From Fistulifera solaris (taxonomy: Eukaryota), in NCBI GenBank assembly GCA_030295235.1, contig AP026143.1, positions 372,001-436,000 on the forward strand: DNA of 64,000 nucleotides, given 5' to 3'. The translations under genes were made by a program, and so were the position numbers. The notes below the pieces were generated by a model. That model ran no database searches, was not told the DNA's origin, and was given only the letters and a program-made list of their open reading frames with translations. Shown here one piece after another: positions 1-13,059 of the stretch (position 1 is its first letter; every line of letters starts with the position of its first letter).

Positions 1-533
1 TCCTCTCCTGTAGCATCGACACACAGTTTGGTGGCCACGGACGAACGATGATTGATCATGTCCAAGACCGGCGTCAAGCTGTACCGTTGGTCCGGCAAGA
101 AGTTACAACGAGAATCCACGCAGGCCAAGGCCCACGGATCCACCAATGGGGAATTCACGCGCGGATCGTCGGCTTGTAGCCGTCTCGACAAAGCACCACC
201 GTCGGCCGCTTCCATGGGAGCCAGACGATCGGGGATCCAAAACCGAGGTAACGTTTTCTGAAACGACTCGAGGGGCGGTATTAGATCAATATAAGGGGCA
301 AAGTCGGAATCGCTACCCAGATTCTTTTCGAATTCGAGTCGGTCGGCCAATTGTTCCGAACTGTCAGCGATCAAGCAAGAGCTCAGGGGCACTTGCAACA
401 AATTCAATTGGCCGGCTTGCTTGACAGCAGAATTTAATACTGTGTAGCGATACCCAGCGTTGCTCTCTTTTACTTCGAGCGACGATTTTATTCCTTGCGC
501 GGAACACCAAGAACGGAAAACATCCAGTTTCAT
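1..533 (-). CDS. SET-domain protein lysine methyltransferase, Rubisco-LSMT/SETD3-like (5' part; runs off window start)
   Basis: Manual minus-strand translation from ATG 533: MKLDVFRSWCSAQGIKSSLEV...LLQVPLSSCL...SDFAPYIDLIP...LPRFW...WALACVDSR...LTPVLDMINH. These motifs are typical of LSMT-type SET proteins. Not in the ORF track because it lacks a stop in the window. The true start may lie further upstream. Confidence 0.75.
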   Translation of the reverse strand, partial: MKLDVFRSWCSAQGIKSSLEVKESNAGYRYTVLNSAVKQAGQLNLLQVPLSSCLIADSSEQLADRLEFEKNLGSDSDFAPYIDLIPPLESFQKTLPRFWIPDRLAPMEAADGGALSRRLQADDPRVNSPLVDPWALACVDSRCNFLPDQRYSLTPVLDMINHRSSVATKLCVDATGE

Positions 534-906
534 GCTGATTGAATTCTCAAGCGGTTGCACTTTTTGCTTCAATAGATTGAGCGATAGGCGCCGATTTATT
601 TCAATGCCCGAGGTCCGACGTGATGAAAGATTTGCAGATTGTAACGTCGGTCTTGACTATTTACTTCTTGTTGTTATCGTCGATCGTCGATTGCATTTCT
701 CTCGAAGTCATCACGATCTTGATTACCTGGTAACGCGGCGCGCAAAAATCATCGAAATGGTGTAAGTGACGTCGTAAGCACGATCAAATACTGAACTTTC
801 TGTCCCGTCATCCGCGAGATGGACCTGTTTTGTGGTTGTGGTACAAATTCTACGTACGTCAACGCGCCAGAATTGTTACGTGACATATGTACCACAAACC
901 ACGTAG

Positions 907-1350
<444 letters not shown>

Positions 1351-2019
1351 GCGTCTTGAGGATGCTTGGCTTTGATGCCGTTGCAGTTTACTGACTGTGC
1401 AAACCGGAGATTATAATCTCCACCCAAACAAACAAAGCATTTGTCGGGTGTTTGAAAGAAGAACATTGGAGAAGTATTTCTATTTGTAGAACACTTGATA
1501 GTAGAATACGCTTTTGTCTTCTTATTCATCTATTCTTTATTTTATGATATTTTGATATCATCCGAACAGCCTTGAATCATTCTCGTCAACTGTGACGGCC
1601 GCTATCCATTATCATCGTCGTCATTGCTTTGCTATTCAACGAAACGAGCGAGCTCGAGTAACAATAAGGTGAAGGTTGTTTTGAGTTTCGAACGTCACGT
1701 TATCCCAACGCTTTCCTTTTACCGGCATAAGATCCAGTCACGCTCCTCTATGTACAAAACATGCGACTGAGATTATGAACATTTTTGTTGATACTCAGAG
1801 TAGCAAGATTTGAATTTTCAACGAAGCGTTTGCTAAATAGCGAACGTAAGCCTACTATGAAAGATACTACAGCTCGTCCGTTCCATGTCCTTGTTCCTTT
1901 TACGCGTGCTAACCTGCAAGCTAAGCAAAGGTTCTCGTTGGATCCATCGACCATCGACCCACAAAACAACTGAAATAGATTCGAAAAGTGAAATAAAGTC
2001 AACATCTTCGCAACAAACC

Positions 2020-3616
2020 ATGGTAAGAATATCCTTTCCGCGACCGAAATCGGCAGCGGCTCGAGCGAGCGCGCTGGGAGAATATGTTTTCCGTCACAAG
2101 ATTGTTCTTTGGGCGGTGGTGGCAGGCCTCATTACCATCCGTCAACTGTCGTCCTATTCACGGAATTTGACTTCCATGACACGCGGAAGTAACCGACAGG
2201 CCATGGAGCTTGCGCAGCAAGAGTGCCGTTTCTTTCTCGCCGAAAGTGCCATTCCGCGCAGTGGTCTCGGAATATTTACGGCCGTCGATATCGCCAAAGG
2301 AGAACAAACGCAATCCATGCCCGACATTTGTATCTATGTGGCCGACACGCCGTCGGGGACGGATTTTCATACTCATTCTTGGGCGGGAAGTGTCTTCATG
2401 GGACGCTATGAAGGTCAGAATTCGAGAGGTGCCTGTGAAGGAGTGGCCACATTGGTCAATACCATGCCGGACTCTGTAAACGCCGCGGAACTCGTACCGT
2501 TTCAAGTCCACACCAACGCTGGTCTCAAACGCGATCAGAATCCGGGTGCGGGTGCAATCACCCATTACTATGGCGTTACATCAAAGGCGCGAAGAAATGT
2601 GGCCGCCGGCTCGGAAATCACCATTGATTACGGAGACTGGCACTATGAATCGGATCGGAAATACGTTGCTCCCGTTCATACTCCGGAATGGGTTCGCAAA
2701 CACGGTATGTGCATTGATCATATCGAAATTCGCCAAGCCCTTGACCCGGAGATGGGGCGAGGTGCCTTTGCTCGTCGATTTTTGCCCCGCGGCACTGTGG
2801 TCTCGCCTGCTCCTTTACAAACGTTTAAAAACCGTATCGACTTTGCGCAACAGGAACCCGAGGCTTTGTTTGTAAATTACTGCTTCCAACCCTCCGGCAC
2901 GAACATCCTCTTATTTCCCTATGGACCAGGAGTTAATCTCATCAACCATAGTTCAGAAAAGGCCAATGTGAGGCTTCAATGGTCGACCAATGCTCAGAAT
3001 CACCGACACTGGCTTGACTTGCCATTGCAAAAGTTTTGGGAGATGGTTTACCCGGGAGCCTTGATTTTGGATGTGGTAGCTCTTCGAGACATTCAACCGG
3101 GGGAAGAGTTGTATCTTGATTATGGCCCGGAGTGGGAAGCAGCGTGGCAAGATCATGTTAATGTATGGGAGGCCAACACAGATCCGTACGTGTATCCGGC
3201 CGACATGGATCTCACACAACCATTCCGGACCCTTGAAGAGCAAAAAAAGGACCCGTATCCAAGTAACCTAGCCACCATTTGCTTTGAAGGTCAGTGGGAT
3301 ATTGAAGAAAACAAACCAGTCGACTGGACCGAGCCAACATTCTGGACCGACGGGATGCTTTACTGTCATATCCTTAAACGCGAAAAAAGACAAAAAAACG
3401 GGTTCCTACTTTTATGAAGTATCGCTGGGTTATCGAAAGGAACCCCATCCATTAGATGACAAGCGCTACATTAGCAGAAAAGTGCCTCATAAGGCCATCA
3501 TGTTTGTCGATAAACCCTATCAGAGCGACATGCATTTAAAAAATTCTTTCCGACACCCTATCGGTATTTCCGATGAGTTAATACCTGAACATTGGAGAGC
3601 AACTGCTGTGCAATAA
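2020..3616 (+). CDS. Membrane-anchored tandem SET-domain protein (apparent frameshift at ~3385-3398)
   Basis: N-terminal hydrophobic segment and two SET-like halves: GLGIFTAVDI...GSEITIDYG and GRGAFARR...NLINHS...ALRDIQPGEELYLDYG. The C-terminus continues in ORF 3284..3616 after the A-runs gaaaaaagacaaaaaaac. Confidence 0.8.
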
Positions 3617-3697
3617 ATGACATTGATATGTCCAAACGCGGCTCGCATATACAGACGTACGTTGTAATAGCAAACAGATTTCATATTTATATATAAG

Positions 3698-5494
3698 TTA
3701 CTTTTCTTTCTTTGATTCTTTCTTGGCGTTTTCCGCTTCCATTATTTCTGCTTTCTGTATCTCTGTTTGAGCAAGAAAAAGGCCACTGAGACGATTTGCT
3801 GCGCTCAGCCAACTCAAAAGAACGCCATAGAAGATTACTCCGACTACTGGAGCCGCGTTGATAATGTTTCCGAAGATGAGCACTAGACCCTGTTGTATGA
3901 ATGAACCACCACTCTTTCCGAGACGTGAGCCCAAAACATCAATAGCTGCTTTGCCTTTTACCTTGGACTCATCGTCCAGGGGTATGTATGCCATCTAAAA
4001 TGGAAAACAATGATTGAGCGGCTTGACAAACGAACAAAACGGATGCGACGAGATCGAGTATGACGTACCTGGGTCGTAGGATCAAACAGAGCATACTTGG
4101 CCGTTTTGCTTAACAAACTTTGAATCGTGCCGAAAATGACAGCGATCTTGAGTCGCGAGGGACTGTCGAGACCAAGGAAGATACATCCAAAGAACGGAGC
4201 GGCTAATACCGCCATCGTGGCAGGCGTTGCCATAGCACCCACTTTCCAGCCCAAAAGCCGAATGACATGAACTCCAAAGAAAATGATAATGGACGTGCTC
4301 AAGCCGACTGCTGACGAGAAGTTTCCCATGAATCGCTGGTAATCCAGAGGATTCGGGTATTGTTTCTTGACCAACGATTTCCACATGATTTCGGTGAAGT
4401 TGATGCTAAGTCCGTAACCCAATACCAACATGGCGATAAGACGCAAATACTGACTGTTGGCCAAAAACTTGGCGGATTCGACCATGGACATTTTGGGCTT
4501 TTTTCTTTTTCTCTGTTTGGGTTTGTTCTGTCGGTGTGGTAGTTTCGGTGCGCTCCACATAACCGGTGCTCAATCGATAAAACAAACAGATCATGATTCC
4601 CGAAAAGGACACCGCCCTCGTGAGACGATTCAAACTGGCGGCAAAATCCGGCGCTTTGCTCGCATATCGAACCACATATTGACCCGCCACGACCGGTGCT
4701 AAGCCACTCATTTGAGCAAACAAGGGGTAGAAGCGTTTCGCTTGATCGACGGAGACGACGTCGTTAGCAAATTGCCAAAACAACAGACCCACAGATACGG
4801 AGCTATAGATTTCGGACATGATGTAGAAGAGAGCCGATGTCCAGTGCGTAAATATTTTGGCCAAAACAGCCATGCCACTGGAAGTTGCGGCACCGGGTAG
4901 AAAGCGTTGTACGGTTTCAAGCGTGGGATGAAGGAGAGTCTCGGCATTCGGGTAAATGAATGCATTGAAAAGAGCAAAGAACACAAAGAATGGGATACAC
5001 GTAATGTAGAATAGCGTTTTCTTTCCGACACTGTTCGAAAGCTTCGAGTAGAGAGCGATAAAGGCCGTAGCCGCTGGCAAGACACCATAAATTTTGAGAA
5101 AGGCAATCGCCTCGGCTCCACACTGTGTGACAATCAAGGTATCCTTCGTGTCTCGTGTCAACGTGAGAGCTAATATCACGAAAAACTTGATGGCTCCAAT
5201 CAGTAAGAATTTGGTGATCTCGTGACTGCCGTAAATGGGAAAGACGGCTTGACGCGCTCGTGAAAGGAAACTGGTGGCGGCCATGCTTCCTCCTCCGCGG
5301 CTCAAAGCCGTTCCAATCTGTTGCGGTGGTGAGCCGTCGGTATTACCCGATGTCTCGTCGTTGATATGTGAACGGAGAGTGAATTGACGTTTTGTTGTGA
5401 CAGCCCGAGATTCCGATCGAAAATGAAGACTCGACGACAAGCAACTGGAATTGAGAATGAGAACGAACAGAATGAAACAATGTAACGGCTTCAT
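3698..5494 (-). CDS. NTT: NTT/TLC-family nucleotide (ATP/ADP) transporter with N-terminal signal peptide; intron 3995-4068; frameshift at ~4500-4510
   Basis: Motifs LTRDTKDTLIVT..GAEAIAFLK, FWQFANDV..AKRFYPLF, KYALFDPTTQ|MAYIPLDDESKVKGKAAIDVLGSRLGKSGG. A GT-AG intron joins ORFs 3958..4560 and 3698..3994. Confidence 0.93.
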
Positions 5495-5884
5495 TCAGAT
5501 ATATCGCTTATGATAATGTGCACAAACGACTCGAGCACAAGGTATGAATGTGAATAAATGCAGTAACAAGATTCTCCGATGACAATTATTGATCGGAACA
5601 AAAAGGAAGCGACGTTGATGTTTGTGTTGATGTCGCGATGATGTCGGATCCGACGGCCATCAAAAACACACGGACAAAAAAACGGAAAAGTGCGAGAAAA
5701 AGACGTACGTCGACCAGACGTTTGTACGTCACTCTTTGGTTCTGTTCAGTACCGGTACTTTATGTGAAAAACAGCTAGAATATCTGTCCGGTTCTAAAAA
5801 GCCCGCGCCAAAGATTTGTTCCGTCCGAAACGTTCTTTCGTCGAACCACCACAATAAACAAGGCCTCCATGTCCGTTATAATCC

Positions 5885-7024
5885 ATGAATCATCTCCATT
5901 CTTCTTGTTATCTCCTCATGGCGTCCGTCGTTACTTCGTTCGACCCGTACGCATGGTATCCGCGGCAATACGTCGCACAACGCGTCACACAACACTTGGT
6001 GATCGATGGCGACGTGGAGAAAGAAGCATGGCGCAGTGTACCGTGGAGTGATGCGTTTGGTGATATTCAAGGAAAAGATGGGCCCTCTCCCGCCGATATT
6101 CCTTTGACGGCATTCAAAGCTCTCTATGATGACACACATTTGTACATTTGTGCCGTATTGCATCCCAAAGATGGTTTACCGACCGAAGCCCATTTCACGG
6201 AGCGAAATCAACCAATCTACCAAAAAGATTCGGATTTTGAAGTGTTTATACAAGTTGGATATCCCAATGAAGATGGAAGTGGCACTACTTGGAATCACGA
6301 TTACAAAGAGCTCGAAATTAATGCCATCAACACACCATGGAACCTTCTCATGGACAAACCGTACTGGGATGGTGGTCAAGAGCATTCGGGAAGAGTCGCC
6401 AGCGATCCGGCGGATCCCTTGTATTATGAAGTTTATCATCAGGAGACAGCAACTCGTGTACTTTCGGGTCAATTGAATCATCCGACCCACGGTGCCCTTT
6501 GGACCGTCGAGATGAAACTCGCGTTTTCGGATCTGTGGGTACAGAAGAGTGACACGACGACACCGACCCACCAACCGTCTCTATCGGTTCCCTGGCGCAT
6601 CAATTTTAGTCGAGTCGAAAAACAAGGTGCTATCAACTGGACTTGGCAACCACAATATCGCTGGGACCCTCAGCAAAACCAATTTAGAGGCTTTGTCGAC
6701 ATGCATCTTCCCGATGCTTGGGGATATTTGTCCTTTGATCAGCCAATCATTGACAGCACGTGGCCAGCGCAACTGGCCGCCATGTGCATCTACTATGCGC
6801 AGCGTCATCATCAAGAGGCTAATGGGGAATTCACAAAAGACGTCAATATATTGATACTCCCTCCGCATATCATGGATGATTTTCGAGTTGACATACAATT
6901 GGGAGATCCAGACCATTATGTGGCGTCTATCGTTGATGCTACTGGTAACGTCCATGTACAAATACGACAAGATCGAAGGTTAACAATTGTGACCAATCGA
7001 ACGTCGGCTATTGACCAACAATGA
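5885..7024 (+). CDS. CBM9-like (DOMON-like carbohydrate-binding) protein
   Basis: IDGD..KEAW..VPWS..FGDIQG, KALYDDTHLYI, DSDFEVFI, YKELEINAINTPWNL, WRINFSRV, MHLPDAWGYL resemble bacterial carbohydrate-binding family 9-like proteins. Confidence 0.7.
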   Translation: MNHLHSSCYLLMASVVTSFDPYAWYPRQYVAQRVTQHLVIDGDVEKEAWRSVPWSDAFGDIQGKDGPSPADIPLTAFKALYDDTHLYICAVLHPKDGLPTEAHFTERNQPIYQKDSDFEVFIQVGYPNEDGSGTTWNHDYKELEINAINTPWNLLMDKPYWDGGQEHSGRVASDPADPLYYEVYHQETATRVLSGQLNHPTHGALWTVEMKLAFSDLWVQKSDTTTPTHQPSLSVPWRINFSRVEKQGAINWTWQPQYRWDPQQNQFRGFVDMHLPDAWGYLSFDQPIIDSTWPAQLAAMCIYYAQRHHQEANGEFTKDVNILILPPHIMDDFRVDIQLGDPDHYVASIVDATGNVHVQIRQDRRLTIVTNRTSAIDQQ

Positions 7025-7809
7025 AGTGACAAAAACAACCAGTCGTTTCTCCATTCGTCGGGAAAGATTTCACATGCGGCGCTGTTGCTCCATTAGGCTT
7101 GAGAGTGAGGCAAATCTTGAACGGAGCTTGCTTGTCGCGAAATAATTCTAGAGTGATGCGCTAGCGCCTATAGAGAGCGCGCGCGTTATCGTCAAAGCTT
7201 ACTTGGTAAAGAAATCTGCATAGAATCAAACGAATTGTGATGAAATCATCACTTAGTAAAAAAAGTTTAGTATAACCATTGAGCTATCTTGTAGAAATTT
7301 CTGAACGGGAAAAGCGACTACAGAGTAAATGCTATGAAAGATGAAAGTTAGCCAAAGCCCGAATGCTAGAGAGATTTCAAACTTACAGAGAGAACGCCGA
7401 ACATGGATCTTATTGTCCGCGGAACTGGATTTGGGACACGAATGACAAACGTGTTTAACAAGACTTAACGGTATCATAACGGTGATAAATTTATTTAGGA
7501 GTTTTTTGGCATTTATTTTGTCAGAAACAAAATCCAAATCTTCAAAAAAGAGTGCATGCAATCTTTAGGAAGTGAACCACAAATGCACTTGGTGAAACTT
7601 GTGACCAACAAAAGGAACCTGTGTTCGCTTGAATGCATTTGCTGCCGAAAGCGAGACACTTGAACGGAAGGACAAAAGGTACGAGCATGATTGAGGGACC
7701 ATTTGCATTTGTTGCTTTAAGGAACTGCAGAACAATGCGATCGGCGTCTAAAATATACGCAAAAAATGCTCGACCGGGCTTTTCTAACTCTCGGTTTCAG
7801 TAGAACAAA

Positions 7810-8757
7810 ATGAAGATTTTTTCAGGTCTTGCCTCATTTTTGATCTTATCACGAGCGCTTGCTCAGAATCAAGCCGATCCGGCCCTATTTCTGAATCCTT
7901 GCGAAGTTAGATGCGAAGGCAACATCTTCCGTAAAACTTTCTACGTCAACAACTACGAAAATGGAATCTGCAACGAGGACTGTGTTCGTTTTCCTCGCGC
8001 ATACACTGTCCGCGGTTACAGTTGTGGCCGTTGCCCCAAAGCATTCGAAAATTATAACGAACTAAAGCAAGCGGTTGATGAGTACCTTGCTGATAACTCG
8101 GCTTCTTCTCCAGTTGCAACTCTTTATGGACATCCCATTGGAAAGTGGCAGGTTCAAAAGGTTGGGTCTTTTGAGTACCTTTTTGATGGAAAGCGTAATA
8201 CGGCTGCTGCTACTTTCAATGAGGATATTAGTGCGTGGAACGTGCGCGCGGCGAGCAATATGCAATACATGTTTGCATCAAACACGGCCTTCAACAAAGA
8301 CATCGGAGCATGGAATGTAGCCAAAGTAACAACTATGGAAGGAATGTTCGAGGATGCGTCTTCTTTCAATCGAAATATCGGTTCCTGGGATGTCACAAAC
8401 GTACGCGACATGGCTTACATGTTCTACGGGGCCAAGCAATTCAATCAGAATCTCAACTCATGGGACGTGAGTAATGTTTCGGATATGAGTTTCATGTTCT
8501 CGTCAGCGGAATCCTTCAACTCTCCCCTTGATAATTGGAATGTGGTCAATGTCAGGGATTTCGAACAAATGTTCGCGGAGGCGACAGCTTTCTCGCAAGA
8601 TCTGTGCCAATGGGGCGACGAAATGACCTCGATCACGAGCGACGAAGTGATCAACATGTTCATCTCAACGCAATGCCTATTGGAAGATGACCCAGCATTA
8701 TCGGAAACACCGGTAAGCCCGCTGTGCTTTAACTGTAGAATGCCGGGTGGCGTTTGA
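7810..8757 (+). CDS. Secreted DUF285 (BspA-like, Mycoplasma-type repeat) protein
   Basis: Signal peptide, a short Cys-rich N-domain, then ~6 repeats of FNxDIxxWxVxxVxxMxxMFxxA. Confidence 0.9.
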   Translation: MKIFSGLASFLILSRALAQNQADPALFLNPCEVRCEGNIFRKTFYVNNYENGICNEDCVRFPRAYTVRGYSCGRCPKAFENYNELKQAVDEYLADNSASSPVATLYGHPIGKWQVQKVGSFEYLFDGKRNTAAATFNEDISAWNVRAASNMQYMFASNTAFNKDIGAWNVAKVTTMEGMFEDASSFNRNIGSWDVTNVRDMAYMFYGAKQFNQNLNSWDVSNVSDMSFMFSSAESFNSPLDNWNVVNVRDFEQMFAEATAFSQDLCQWGDEMTSITSDEVINMFISTQCLLEDDPALSETPVSPLCFNCRMPGGV

Positions 8758-8866
8758 GACTTAGTTGGACAAGGAAGACTTAATTGATGACCAACAGCTG
8801 GTGTCTCGATAGAGTGGTTTCAACATAACTACGTCTGATTAATCCTATAAGGTGCTTTGAATTTTA

Positions 8867-11768
8867 TTAGTAAGACCTACCCCAGAGTACCCAGCATGTC
8901 GCCACTTTGCCACTTGCAATGCACATGGTACCTTCTGGGAGCTCCGGCTGATTGAATGGAATGCACAACGTCTTGGCAGCAACACTCGTCGCCGTCTTTT
9001 CATCTTCACCTTCTTGACCCAGAGTCTTCAAACTTTCCTCCCGGCTCGTCTTCTTCACCCAATCTTCCCAGTCCTGGTGCTCACCACCGCACCACGGCGT
9101 CAATACCAAGTTATGTTTTTCCAAGTTGGGAACAAAGTCCTTCCACTCGGTTACCTTCACAACGTGTGCGTCGCGCGCTTCTTTCGCCTTAACGAACATG
9201 GCGCCTTGAATTTCATCCAGTTTGGCTTTAAGTCGCGCGCCTAAGCCTTCAATCGGAAAATCCACCTTTTCACCATTGTGGCGAACAACAATGCGAGCAC
9301 TCTTATTCTCAATATCGCGAGGACCGACCTCGACTCGAATTGGGACACCCTTTTGTTCCCAATGGTTGTACTTCCAGCCTGGATTGTACAAATCACGATC
9401 GTCGTATTTAACGCGAATACCACAAGCCTTCAGATCCGCTCGAATCGCTTCACAGTAGGGCGCAGCATCAGCGGCGGTCAAATGTTTGCTGATAATAGCA
9501 ACAATCACAACCTGCAACGGGGCCACGCGCGGAGGCAACACTAAACCCGTATCATCTCCATGGACCATCACCATTACACCTAGCGTTCGTGTTGTCAGCC
9601 CCCATGATGTTTGCCAAGCAGTTTGTGTCTCTCCTTTATCATCCTGGAACGTAATGTCGAACATTTTCCCGAAGTTTTGACCCAAATGGTGAGACGTGGC
9701 GCCCTGAATTGCTCGACCAGATCCAGCAATGTAGGCTTCCACCGTTGTGGTTCGGTAACCCCCGCAAATTTCTCAGCTTCAGTCTTGTATCCAGGAATTA
9801 CAGGAACCGCCAACAAGTCTTCGTATACTTGGCGATATAATTCGAGCGCATCCATCACCATCTTTTCAGCGTCCTCGAATGTGGCATGAGCGGTATGACC
9901 TTCTTGCCATAAGAACTCGCGTGTTCGTAAGAATGGGGTAGGGTATTTAAACTCCCAGCGCACAACGTTTGCCCACTGGTTCAACTTGAGCGGAAGATCA
10001 CGGTGGCTGCGAATCCAATCGGAATAAGCGGGATACATGATCGTCTCAGAAGTTGGACGAATGGCAATAGGATTTTCAAGATCGCCATCGCCCGATTTGG
10101 TCACCCATGCAACTTCAGGGGCAAACCCTTCCACGTGATCTTTCTCTTTCTCCAAACGACTTTTTGATACGAACATGGGAAAATAGGTGTTTTCAACTCC
10201 CAAATCTTCCTGGACGCGCTCATTGAACCACAACTGAATCAGTTCCCACATTTTGTATGACCAGGGGCGAAGAATGTAACATCCCGAAATATCGTAGTAG
10301 GATATCATCTCGGAAAGTACGATAACATCCGTGTACCAGTTGGGGAAATTCTCGGTTTTCTTCCACTGCAAAGCCAACAATGTCTCTCCTTTCTTAGCGG
10401 TCTTCTTATCGGCAACTTCCTTCTTCGCCTTTGGTTCCTGTTGAGCTTTGGGCTCTTTCGACGGAGCAGGAGCATTGGGATCGACTTCCGCGAACTCCAA
10501 AAGGACTGGTTCCACGCCAACCTTCTGCAGAGCTTCCTTTAATGCCTTCGAAGTCATTTGAACGGACATATCATTACGGAGAGGATGAGAATGAACAAAC
10601 GCGTAGTTATCGAAAAGAGCCTTGTCCATCACCAAAGTAATCTTATCCGCCGATTCTTCATCATTTGCCTTCTTCACATTGACTCCATCTTGAATGACGC
10701 ATAGTGGGCCCACGCTTCCCGGCTTGACGCGCAAGAGCTCATCCAACACCGCCGCATCCGCCATTCGCAAGTTGGTTTTCCCCGCCAGTTTCAAATCGTT
10801 ACCCAGATTTTTGGTGTTCACATTGGCCGTGGGACGCACCGTGACGAGGAATAGTCCATGCTTCTTATCACGCAAAAACAAGTTCTTGGTGTGAGTGTGG
10901 GTACTGTCGGGAAGAGGGACTTTGGAAACGAGTTCTTCCGCCGTGTTGCACAAGTCATGAGAATACGCCGTGTGTTCAATTGCCATGTCCACGAGCTTCT
11001 TTAGAACGGCATTGTTCTCATCCACGACGGCAGCGGATGTAGCCGGAGCCGGAGCAGCAGCAGGAGGAGGAGGCATTTCCAAAGGACTCGCAGTGCCCTC
11101 CTTCAACGCATCGGCCCATCCCTTCAACGTCACTTTCAGCGCTTCATCGGAAAGACAAGCTTGTAGTTTGTCCAGTATAGTCTTGCACCATCGGTGGGCT
11201 TGTTGAGGAAGTTCCTTCACTTGCACCGTCTGACAAACTCCGGCCACCGCGACGGCGGTAACCGCATCGGCCGCTGTCGCCACATCCCCGACCAGCACCG
11301 TTTTGTGGTTTTGAAACAAATGCTTTTCAATTTCCATCACAAAGTCTTCCACTGCAGCTACAAATAGTGGTTCTGTCTTATCTGTTTGTTTGTTGCGAGG
11401 GAGAAAAATGAGATGGCAGGTTTATGTAAAAAAGTAGAGTCTATGAATGCACTAAACTCACCTTGCCGAAGAATGGGAAGTAAAGTTTGATCGACGGACT
11501 CAATCCAACTATCAACGGCAGCTTGTTGTGCGGGGGTCGATCCCAGCAAGGCCGAATTGCCTTTCAACAAAAGACGCACGGCTCCCGACATGCCAACGGC
11601 TGAAAATTCTTGGCTGACATCGGTAAACGAGTGTTTCACCGTCTGAACCAAAGAGCACTTGTTGCCTTCTTCGTTCAAAGTCAAATCGGCATTGGTCAGT
11701 TGCGCGACAATCTGGATGAGTGTGGCATCGATGCCACTGGCTTGGCCGACAAATGTAGTGGTTTGCAT
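8867..11768 (-). CDS. proRS: Eukaryote-type prolyl-tRNA synthetase with N-terminal GST-like region and YbaK/ProX editing domain; intron ~11353-11461; frameshift at ~9760
   Basis: Catalytic motifs [61 protein letters not shown] and C-terminal WGRSY. YbaK motif [10 protein letters not shown]...GSVGP. Confidence 0.95.
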
Positions 11769-12469
11769 GGCGACACTCGTTCTTTCTTTTTAACAGAGTA
11801 CACAAAAGCAAAGGCCCTTCCGTTTACGATTACTCCAGCACAAATACGCAACGAGAGCGAAAATAAACGAGCTTTTGGCTTGTTGTTAACTGCAGATCGC
11901 TGGTTTGTTGATCCTCAACTCCAAAAAGGTCGCGATGCCAAAGAATAAAACACGCGCTCAACTACTTACAGTACAAAAACATACGGTTGGCGATGGGCGA
12001 AAATGTCCCTCCGGGTCTTTTTTAGGAACTATTTATTTCTCTCTTTGACGGGCCGGGCGCTGACAGACACAATGTATGTCCGCTGGCCGGTGAAATATTT
12101 TAGTAGAGCGGTAACCGCCAAGTCAACAACAACAAGTCAAATAGCACGACGACTGTTTGTTGCTGATCAATTTTATTGTAACGCTTGGTGAGTAGCATTC
12201 TTCGGTCATTGAATCGAAAAGAAAAAGGAATAACTGAGAATTAGCAAAGCGATGTAAATGGAGGGATGCAGCCGAAGCTAGCGAAGATTCAGCAAGCGTT
12301 GTCCGGGAAAATTCTGAACGCAATCTGCCCTTCGTGCTGCTGTTTCTCTGTGGCCCTTGTACTTTTTTACTCGCCATATCCTTTTGAGACGTTTTATTCA
12401 TCACACTGAGCTCGTACTTACCTGATTTCTTTTATTGTTTACACAGAATTTAATTTTTAGATAATCACA

Positions 12470-12724
12470 ATGCAGAACGAAAGCGGACAAAACGTGGACT
12501 TGTACGTCCCTCGCAAATGCTCTTACACCAACCGCCTTATCCAGGCGAAAGACCACGCTGCCGTACAAATCAATGTTGCCAATGTAGATCCTGTTACCGG
12601 AATCATGACGGGTGATAGCAATGTCTACTGCTTGGCCGGATACATCCGATTCAAGAGCGAAGGAGACATGGCACTGACCTCGCTGGTACGAGCCAAGGAT
12701 GCGGCTGCCGTCGGTTCAAGTTAA
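12470..12724 (+). CDS. RPS21: 40S ribosomal protein S21 (eS21)
   Basis: MQNESGQNVDLYVPRKCSYTNRLIQAKDHAAVQINV signature. Confidence 0.97.
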   Translation: MQNESGQNVDLYVPRKCSYTNRLIQAKDHAAVQINVANVDPVTGIMTGDSNVYCLAGYIRFKSEGDMALTSLVRAKDAAAVGSS

Positions 12725-13059
12725 ATAACAACTTGTATAATGAATTTAAAACCAAATCCTACTCTATGCGATTTATGGAGAGTATTTTTCTTGCCGTTAA
12801 TTTGTCGCTCGAGTTACGCTGGTAAGGATACATCTACTGTGACAAGTTTCACGAAAAAACAGGCTCAGAATACAAAGTAATAAACAATAAAAAGGAATTT
12901 GCCTAGAAAATTATCTAAACTGCTCGCACTTTCTTGAGTTTTTAGCATCGTGTGTTACAATCGATGACCTGTGAAGGGATTATCAGCGACGATGAGCTAA
13001 AGCTAGGAGTCCCATGAACTCTCTCCGATATTTTATAAAGTAGCTATCAAACCACGACT

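Noticed and set aside
7253..7561. AT-rich minus ORF as a gene or transposon remnant
   Set aside because: No recognisable motif, and no terminal repeats were seen.
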